This document shows positions 55,165 to 64,000 of a DNA stretch of 64,000 nt, in pieces. The notes under the pieces are model-generated. The model saw nothing but the letters and a program-made list of their open reading frames with translations. It did not search any database and had not been told where the DNA came from. This stretch comes from Ophelia neglecta. Taxonomy: Eukaryota. The translations under genes were made by a program, and so were the position numbers. The DNA lies in NCBI GenBank assembly GCA_965285935.1, contig OZ260665.1:52018001-52082000 (forward strand). The letters run 5' to 3'. Position 1 is the first letter of the stretch. The number at the start of each line of letters is the position of its first letter.

Positions 55165-55845
55165 AGCAAGGGGTATATCCGCGAATGCGTGCAATAGTCC
55201 AATGGGGAACATGGCATAAGGTGAGGTAGTGAATATGGTAGTTTTTAGTTGGCATGAAACATAACGACCTTAACTAATTTTTGTTCAGGTCATTATTAAT
55301 ACACAGTTCAAGTTAACTTATTACACAGATTGTAGTAGGTTCTATTTGACCTCTATTATAATGGGGTCATTCTTAAAGTTGGTTCCATAAGACCTCAATA
55401 ATAACGCAAAATGACCTTAACTAATTTTTTTCAGGTCATTAATAAAGTTAACTAGTTAAATAATTAGTTGGTTCCATAAGACCTCAATAATAATGCAAAA
55501 TGACCTTAACTAATTTTTTTTCAGGTCATTAATAAAGTTAACTAGTTAACTCATTACACAGTACTAGTTAACTTATTACACTGATTGTAGTAGGTTCTAT
55601 ATGACCTCAATAATAATGCAGGTCATTCATAAAGCTGGTTCCATTGACCTAAATAATAATGCAAAACAACCTTAACTTATTTTTTGTCAGGTCGTTAATA
55701 AAGTTAACTAGTTAACTTATTACAGAGATTGTATATAGTTATTACATGAACCAAGACACAAAATTTCAAGCCAATATTATCTATACTTTGGAATATTTGA
55801 TAGAAAATGTGTTTTTGACATAATTAATAATTATTTAAACTAAGC
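55165..55845 (-). mobile_element. Inverted copy of the same Helentron-type element, 3' portion
   Basis: Reverse complement of 55260-55843 matches the ~50937-51800 array. It ends in GCATTCGCGGATATA, the inverted counterpart of the 5' subterminal motif. Confidence 0.65.
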
Positions 55846-57012
55846 TTACAAAATTTTGAGAGGCATATTCTCATAGATTATATAGGTCAAAATAGAAGTG
55901 TTAATTAATTTATACTTCTATAGGTTATTGTCTTGAAGTATTGAGTATCTCAGTGAAGATTGGTGAAGAGTATTTGACAGTGGCAGGGATATTAATTTGC
56001 TTTTAATTTTATTTTCAGACCAGTTGTTGAAATAAACCTAGGATAGTTCTATCTTGATGTCATTTTCTGCTACGAATTTCTGGTAAGCAAGTAGTAAATA
56101 ATATTGTTCCCTTATAAATCTAATTTGTTCACTCAATTTCCCTCTAATATTAATCAAATCATTTTTTATCTTTAATTGCGCTGCATTTAAATGTTGTTAT
56201 ACTGTTAACAATCATTTCATAGTAGGTTCAGTGAATATTTTACTTTTCCCAGGGTATTGTAGAAAAATGAAACACTGTGACTTGTTTGCTGTTGGATAAT
56301 ATTACAAGCATGGAAACTGATTGATTGTGGAAATTATCAATGGAGGTACATTTCCCTACAGTAATGCATCAAACAAGCAGCTGGAGTCCAACAGTAATTT
56401 CTGGACATATGAATTTGTGTGAAGGAAACTAAGAAGGACTCAATAATTATGATTGGACATGCATGACAATCCATAAATATGTGTATGTGTGGCAATGTTA
56501 TTCTCCAGGACATTGCCAAGTTTTGACTTCAAATAAATCTAATGGAATGGCAAAAAGATAGTAAAAGTACTACGGTGAATGGACTAATGTTTGTAGTCAG
56601 CAAATCCCTTTGCTTGATATATATGAAGGCGTAAGTTTAATAACATAGCTCCACTCTGATCAATATTAGTAGATACTAGTTTGTTTTTTTAAAGTGCATT
56701 TTGTCAGTAAAAATTTCATTTATTCAAACTAGGGCCAAGTCTGAATATTGTACTTAAATTATATTGTAGAAATGCCATTACTCGGTACATTGAATGTTAA
56801 ACCCAGTAGGAGTTTAGGTTATAAATGTTTATTATGTTTGCTGTATATACCTTAATCTTTTTTTGTGAAAATAGAAGTATTTGCACAAAAGTATGTGTTG
56901 CTTCACCTTCATCAAACAAATTTTAATCTTACTATGGTAAATATGCTGGATTAAGTGCACAAAAAAATAAGTGTCCAAATTAAAATATATCGCTCTGAAT
57001 AACTGCCTAATA

Positions 57013-57727
57013 TATTTTCCCATTAAAAAAGTTTTGCTATGCAAACGGACAAAATCGATAGTAGTAAGGGCACATTTAATCAGAAATACAGTTACGCCAC
57101 CTGGTGATTGACAACAGCATTACTTGGTTGGGCCGACTATTTACCAAGAAAAAGTTTTGCTGTGCAAACAATCAAAATCGATAGTAGTTAGGGCACATTT
57201 AATCAGAAATACAGTTACGCCATCTGGTGATTGACAAGAGCATTACTTGGTTGGGCCGACTATTTTCCAAGAAAAAGTTTTGCTGTGCAAACAATGAATA
57301 TCGATAGTAGTTAGGGCACAATTAATCAGAAATACAGTTACGCCATCTGGTGATTGACAAGAGCATTACTTGGTTGGGCCGACTATTTTCCAAGAAAAAG
57401 TTTTGCTGTGCAAACAATGAATATCGATAGTAGTTAGGGCACATTTAATCAGAAATACAGTTACGCCATCTGGTGATTGACAAGAGCATTACTTGGTTGG
57501 GCCGACTATTTTCCAAGAAAAAGTTTTGCTGTGCAAACAATGAATATCGATAGTAGTTAGGGCACATTTAATCAGAAATACAGTTACGCCCTCTGGTGAT
57601 TGACAAGAGCATACCTTGGTTTGGCCAACCACTTACCAAGAAACAGTTTTGCTATGCAAACGGTCAAAATTGATTGTAGTAAGGACACATTTAATAAGAA
57701 ATACAGATTGACAAGAGCAAAACTTGG
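57013..57727. repeat. Tandem array, 123-bp unit, about 5.7 copies
   Basis: The GATAGTAG anchor (GATTGTAG in the last unit) recurs at 57057, 57180, 57303, 57426, 57549 and 57672. Central units are nearly identical and edge units are diverged. Confidence 0.95.
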
Positions 57728-58727
57728 GGGGGGGGGGATCAAAAATTATTCCGATTTTATTTTTACCTGAAATAAAATAAGATAAAATATATATCAGTAA
57801 ATCGATTTTCATTTTTAATGCCCTAAACTTACTTCATATTACTATTCTAAAGAATACGTTCAATACAAAACGCTGTTGAATGACAATAGAAGCCGGTTAA
57901 CAAATTAATTGCATTACAATTGACATTATATCAATATTTCTTTCTGCTTTTATAGTAAATAGCAGCATTTCTTTATTTGATATCTTCTAGTGCCTCTCCA
58001 ATGCTTTGAAAGCCCAAACAATCCTGGAAAAGAAAAATTCATTGATTAAATTGCATTAATAAAATTGCCATTGATCCATTTAGAAAGCTATGTCCAAGAA
58101 GTGGGTTTTTCTTTGGCCAAATGTCTCCAAAATGAAATCAAATGTCCCAAATGCTTTAAAACGCATCTAGACGTCTTGAAATGGTTATTAGGGTAAAAAG
58201 CAGAAAAAAACAAATTCAAAATCTTCTAAAAATTTTCAATCTAATGAAATAAAGTCAAGAAAAAAGGGTTTTCAATTATTATGAAAATAAACATATCTGC
58301 GAGAAATGAAAAACAGCGGAAAAGGTTAATGTGATCAACCTGTTAATGATAGGAGAGAAAGTGACATATGAACATCATGGAATGACTGAGCTAATTCTCA
58401 ATGTTCGACTTAGTATATAAGCAAGTTAACGATTAATAAACAAAAGGCCTTCAGGTAAACAAAGGCAAAAACCGGAAGTCAAAGAAGTCAAAAAAAACCA
58501 TGGACTTCCGATGAGAATGGATAAGGCTGAGGTCAACCTAAGCACTCAATTTTCATAAAACAGATTACAAGTAATTATCCGAGGGTAGGAGCTAAACAAT
58601 GCCAGAACATTTCAGCTGTATGCGAAAAACAGCCATGGCCTACCGAAATGTATGGCTTAGTGCTAAGGCCTAAGGTCTATCTAACTATCCAGCTGTCATA
58701 AAACATGAAAGATTACTACATATACTT

Positions 58728-59440
58728 CAATAATTTGCCATGAGTCATCCTACCTTTTCCTTTTGTAGTGTAGGTCCATATTATGGAGAAGATTTCACAC
58801 ACAAAACAATATGAGCGAAAGATGAAAACAAATAACACCTATCTACTCATATTATTCGGGGTGTTGGCAGTTTCTCGATGTCGATATTTTTGTCCAAACT
58901 TCCTCGAAAAATGCGTTAAATATCAATGAAAGTCACACAGAATAAATCCTAATTATCTACTCGGGGCTGGCTACCATTGGTCATGTTAGTCCATAGGGTT
59001 ATGATGTAGTTCCGGTCTAGTTTGACCTCGGCACAAGTCCACTGAAAGCTAATTTATACTGTAAAATGTCAGAAAATATGCAGATATTAAGAAAGCCACA
59101 GTGTCGACTTGTATCCAGACTGTGCTACAGGGCTTGCAAATCAATATAATTTGTCTTAGTATGTCGACTGCATCCTCGATGTATAGGTCACTGGTCACGC
59201 CTGCCGCATTCATACAAAGGGCTGGCCACAGGGCTAGTCTCACCTGTGCGTACACTGGCGGATTAAGGAGAGGACATTTCTACAGGTTGCCCCAGGAAAT
59301 TTCTCGAGTGCACGATTTGAGTGTCTGTCCCGGTAGTGAGCTTTCGGGTTAAACCAGCCGAAAATCTTTGGGTCGGTTATCCTCAACCCGGCAACATTCC
59401 AAAGGTTACCGGGCCCCATTTTTCCGACTTCCAGATCACC
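58728..59440. repeat. Left arm of a ~700-bp inverted repeat
   Basis: Reverse complement aligns to ~60612-61352 along its length, e.g. TGCCAACACCCCGAATAATATGAGTAGATAGGTGTTATTTGTTTTCATCTTTCGCTCATATTG. Confidence 0.9.
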
Positions 59441-60025
59441 AAGATAACTTTCTGCCCTATCTAGTTGAGTAACCAAATGATCAAGGCTTATCTCGAGAAA
59501 GTGTCAATAAGATATTCATTGTAAATTTTATAGTGATTATTGCCCCTAGCTTTTTAGAGAAGGTGTTTCGTATTTGATCTAGAAATATATCGGCTTACTG
59601 AGTTATTTATATTAATTAGGTGGGTGTCAAGGGTAGATGTGGTTGCGGAAGCATCGCAGTTGCTTCGCCAGGATGGCTTGTATTGGAGAAATATTTAAGA
59701 TGTTGGTATCAAAGAGCGATGTTACTGATGTCTGATATAGGATAAAACACGAAATGCTACCAGCCTAGACTGGAGATTAAATAGAATAAAAGTGAAAAGT
59801 TTAATAAATAACAGGTTTAATAGTATTAAAAGTTTCAGAAGGTCAGTTGCTATAAAAGAGTTCAACCCCGCTCCTTGCATTCACCATGGTACTTTTTAAA
59901 CTTTTGAAGTATTGGACTTACTCAATTTTGTTTTATTTATAAATAACAGATTAGTCATAGGTAGCCACTTCCCTATTCTACTTAGAAGTCAACATGGTTG
60001 GGTTTAAGGCTCACCTGATGAACTA

Positions 60026-60203
60026 CAGTGAAACCTGCTTTAAAGACCACCTCTATATTCAGACCACCTGTCAATACAGACCACCAATATGACGATGTTG
60101 CTGTATACTTTCAATGTTAAATAACTTGTCTAAACGAACCACTTTCAAAATCAGAGCAGTACTCTCCATTCCCTTCGGTGGTCTTAATTTACAGGTTTCA
60201 CTG
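60026..60203. mobile_element. Tc1/mariner (pogo/Tigger-like) MITE
   Basis: Perfect 12-bp TIR CAGTGAAACCTG...CAGGTTTCACTG with internal AGACCACC repeats. TA is present on the left flank only. A more decayed relative follows at ~60220-60377. Confidence 0.75.
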
Positions 60204-60611
60204 AGACCCGTGAATTCATACAGTAAAAGGGAATGGAAAATAATGGTTAGATGAAGAAGGTGTTCTGTTAAGACAGGTTATTTTCACTGAAATGGTACAT
60301 TGGGGTCTTCATAGTGTAGTGATCTGAATTGCAGGCAGTTTGTATATAGAGGTTATCTTTAAGCCAAGTCGCACTGTTTAATCCTAGTAAGCTTTGTAAG
60401 CTCCAGCGGACACATTTTCTGACGCGTCTTTAAGCAAAATGAAATATTTAAATATTTCGGCGCATATCGTCCATTATTATTTGAGCTACAATGTAATATT
60501 TATTTGTGCACCATTTAATCGATTAATTATCATGTTTATTTGCAGATACCTTCAGGTCAGGAATACTACTAACTGCCTTAACTGTCAGAAAGCTGATTTC
60601 TGACCATTTTG

Positions 60612-61352
60612 AGGATCCAGAATGTCGGAGAAAAGGGGCCCGGTATCGTTTGGATTGTAGCCGGTTTGAGGATACCCGACCCGAAAATTTTCGACTGGTT
60701 TACCCCGAAAGCTCGCTACCGGGGTAGACACTCGACGCAAGCCTTCAAGTAGCTACCTGGGGCAACCTGTAGAATGACAGGGAAGGGGCGTGAATCAGAA
60801 TCTCCTCTCCTAAATTCGCCACTGAACACACTGGAGGCTAGTGGCCAGTCCTTTGTATGAATGCGGCAGGCGTGACCAATGACCGATATATCGAGGTTGC
60901 AGTCGACCTAGTATGTCAAATTAGATTGGTTTTCAAGCCTTGTAGCACAGTCTGGATATAAGTCGTCACTGTGGCTGTCAGAATTCTTTTCTGCATGTTT
61001 TCTGACATTTTACAGTATAAATCAGCTTTCAGTGAACTTGTGCCGAGGTCAAACTAGACCGGAATTATGTGATAAGCTGTATGAACTAACATGGCCAATG
61101 GTAGCCCTCCTGGAGTAGATAATTAGGGCTTATTCTGTGTGACTTTCATGGATATTCAACGCAACTTTCGAAGCAGCTTGGACAAAAATATCGACATCGA
61201 CAAACTGCCAACACCCCGAATAATATGAGTAGATAGGTGTTATTTGTTTTCATCTTTCGCTCATATTGTTTTGTGTGTGAAATCTTCCTCATAAGCTAAT
61301 ATGGACCTACACTACACTACAAATAGGTAGGATGACGTATAGCAAGTTATTG
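60612..61352. repeat. Right arm of the ~700-bp inverted repeat
   Basis: Inverted, diverged copy of 58728-59440 with an extra ~20 bp near 60776-60798. Confidence 0.9.
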
Positions 61353-61914
61353 GGAAATAATTGACATGTTCTACTCCTTAGCAAGATGCAGACACACGTT
61401 CTACTTTTTTAGCGTAGATGCAGACACGCGTGCACGCTACTTCCTAATCATATCATAAGTTCTGTTGCTACTGCTTTGTGTGGTTTACACTATTTCCATG
61501 TCCTATAAGCTCTCTTAATCCTTTTTTTTTTATTAGCATTGTATGAGTGGAGTCTCAATCCTTAATCATCTATCAATGGAACTTGTTTTTAAGATACATA
61601 TTTTATCAAATATTGTGATGGGCTTGTCATGCACATCAACGGATATCAACGCAGATAAATGTCTTTATTTGCTGTTTTGCTTTACTATTTTACCACCTTC
61701 ACTTCCTGGTCCGGCGAGATTAGAATGGCGGACGACTTAGAGCGTCATTTTCACTTTTAAAATGTCGTTAACGAACAGGGAACCCTTAATCGATACTATA
61801 ATTATTAAATAAAAGAATGAGTCCGAGCATAAGTTGTCCAAACGTTTGTTTTTTTTTTGTTCAATTTACCTGTTGGCATGATAAATGGAAGTTACAACCC
61901 TCCGCCATGGAGAA

Positions 61915-62343
61915 ACGGGTATAGCCGAGTGGTCAGTGCGCTCGACCTCCGACTCTGGATCGTGGGTTCGAATCCCTAAGCGTGTACTGTTTTTCCAATT
62001 CAATTTACATGTTGGCATGTTAAATACACCTTTCAAACTTACCCGTTTGGGATACGAGTCTGTAGCTCAGTGGTTAGCATGTCCGACTTTCAAATCACTT
62101 CCGTTTTGGCTATAATGCTCTCACCTTTCAAACAACCCACTGCAGCAGGCGGGTTCGAATCCCACACAGGTGGCACAGGCGCCAACCTTGAAGCACTATC
62201 TACTGGCCTGGGTACGAGCTACCCCTAGGGGATCGCGTGGCTACGGTGTCCGTACTATGCAGTACGACATACATCAGTAACACCCCCCTCTGCCTCCCCA
62301 AACTAGAAGGTAGTGCTTCAGAAACTGCACTTTGCACTTTTTT
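61915..62343 (+). mobile_element. tRNA-derived SINE-like sequence with two tandem pol III heads
   Basis: Head 1: A box TAGCCGAGTGG at 61922 and B box GGTTCGAATCC at ~61965. Head 2: A box TAGCTCAGTGG at 62063 and B box GGTTCGAATCC at ~62152. A GC-rich body ends in TGCACTT repeats and an oligo-T run. The cloverleaf stems do not pair. Confidence 0.6.
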
Positions 62344-62554
62344 ATAGTTTTTTTCTTATACCGACGGGCGTGGGTTTGGGGCCAAAATGGTTTCCAGGGT
62401 TAAAGAGAAGTGCCCTAGAGAGTTAGGCTCTCAGGGGCCCTTCTCCGCAACCCTAGAATGGAAAAATTCAAAAAATCTATTTTACTAAATTTATTATTTA
62501 ATAACATTTTATTCTAATACATAATATTAGATGAACTTTACTGTCAACACTTCT

Positions 62555-62615
62555 GCTATTTATGGGACTATAGTGTCCACACATTTAGGCTATTTATGGG
62601 ACTATAGTGTCCACA
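62555..62615. repeat. Short tandem duplication (27 bp, period 34)
   Basis: GCTATTTATGGGACTATAGTGTCCACA occurs twice. Confidence 0.85.
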
Positions 62616-63039
62616 GTTTGTCTTCTGTTTCAGGATCACTTCCAATGGACCAGTAGAGCTGCATGCTGGGTGATCAGTCTTCCATAATTGCATAGCTCTG
62701 GCAGGTCGCTAACAGCACAGCCTGAAAAGATAAGAAGAAAAGATTACTTTATGATTCATTGACCTCCAGAGATTTGCAGTGTTTGCGTTATCTGATTACA
62801 AAATATAACACAATACTGTAATCCTTGTAGGTGTTATATGAGAAAATGTTAACTATACAATTTGAGTGGCAAGTTGACATACTTTAGGGACATGCAGTAG
62901 TTGTATCATGATTTACAATATATGGTCTGATTACATGATGCATATCAATGAAGTTTAAATCAATCAATAGATAATGGTTTTATTTCTTTTTTTCAGGTAA
63001 ATGGAATGCAGGGTTTTCAAATGTCAACTATTTGATGCA

Positions 63040-63715
63040 AATTATTTTTAATTTTAAATATACCTATAAATCATATGCATGATCTCCTAGCCTTGTCACC
63101 TCAGGCATCAATCACCATTGCATGGATGAGATCAAAACCCAAAATCAAACAAAATAATCCATAAAGCACAATTATATATTTGAAATAAACATTAATTATG
63201 CCTTTCTAATTTATAGTTAGTTTAGCGGTGTTGCTATTTAAATGGTCTTTAAACTGACAAGTCCATGCTGTTTTCAGTTAATCTGCTTAAAATACATTAA
63301 CATATCTAGCAACTTAAAGCATATATCAAAGAATAAAGTTGAATTAGGAGCTGGGCGAGGCAAATTATATCTATTTGCATTATACACTTACAAATCAGAT
63401 GCATGATCTCGGAGGCCTTGTTTTCACCAGGTACATTCATGGATTGGATCCAGAACCTACAAACAAACAAAAAACTTCATATAGCATACTTCAATGTTGG
63501 AAATAATTATTCAAAACTAATGCTCTTTCAATTTATAGTCAGTTTTGTGGCATATTATATATATTTGCATTACATACCTACACATCAGATACATGACCTA
63601 AGAGCCTTGTTTACACCAGGTCTCACTGCATGGATGAGATCAAGAACCTAAAAACAAACAAAAGAGTTCATAAAGCACACTTCCATATTGGAAATAATTA
63701 TCAATAATGCATTAT
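63040..63715. repeat. Degenerate tandem repeat, about 3 copies of a 190-320 bp unit
   Basis: CATGGAT(G)AGATC...AAACAAA...CATAAAGCAC...GAAATAA recurs at ~63121, ~63438 and ~63629. It is related to 47340-47580. Confidence 0.65.
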
Positions 63716-64000
63716 CAATCTATGGCAAGACAGCTAAATGGATATAATAAACAGAAGTCAACAACAGTGTGTCAAGGGAGGACAGTGTTGTGGTGGTCAT
63801 GGATCAGTGAACTTTCAGCACTGTATCTAGTCCAGGCAGGTTTGTTGTGATCGTCATGGTTCGATACACTTATAGCCCAGTACATTTCAATGGACTACCT
63901 GTGGCTGGGACAGCCTACTATATCCATAGGGCAGATTTCTACACTGAGAGGGGTCCAAAATATGGTAAACTTTAAAAGTAAATAAAAAGCATTTCTAACG

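Noticed and set aside
57013-57727. CRISPR array or coding repeat (123 bp = 41 codons)
   Set aside because: No unique spacers, eukaryotic context, and stop codons in all six frames of the unit.
60005-60045. CTGATGA-AC-TACA-GT-GAAAC resembling a hammerhead ribozyme core
   Set aside because: Stems I and III cannot both be formed, and the GAAAC comes from the MITE terminal repeat.
61915-62175. Two tRNA genes
   Set aside because: A and B boxes are present but the acceptor and anticodon stems do not pair; treated as SINE-like or pseudo-tRNA.

Overview
AT-rich, intron-rich animal genomic DNA. The repeat types suggest a lophotrochozoan, probably a mollusc; this is inference. Three intact protein-coding genes were rebuilt by hand from GT-AG boundaries and frame continuity. 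(1) A 7-exon MMD/MMD2 (PAQR10/11) gene on + at 71-14390, 255 aa. (2) A 19-exon M1 zinc aminopeptidase with a signal peptide on - at 17761-26844, 903 aa (gene A). (3) Its tandem paralogue with a type II membrane anchor on - at 29695-42752, 971 aa (gene B). The standout observation is in gene B: it carries two intact, same-length, same-phase, diverged copies of the active-site exon that supplies the third zinc ligand, separated by a 71-nt intron. This is the signature of mutually exclusive splicing of an enzyme's catalytic centre. Both peptidases also have GATEH in place of GAMEN and a Lys at the S1 specificity position. The rest of the window (44-64 kb and the introns) holds LINE fragments with target-site duplications (TSDs), MITEs, Helentron-type elements, a Harbinger transposase remnant, tRNA-derived SINE-like sequence, two long inverted repeats and a 123-bp tandem array with CTCF-like motifs.
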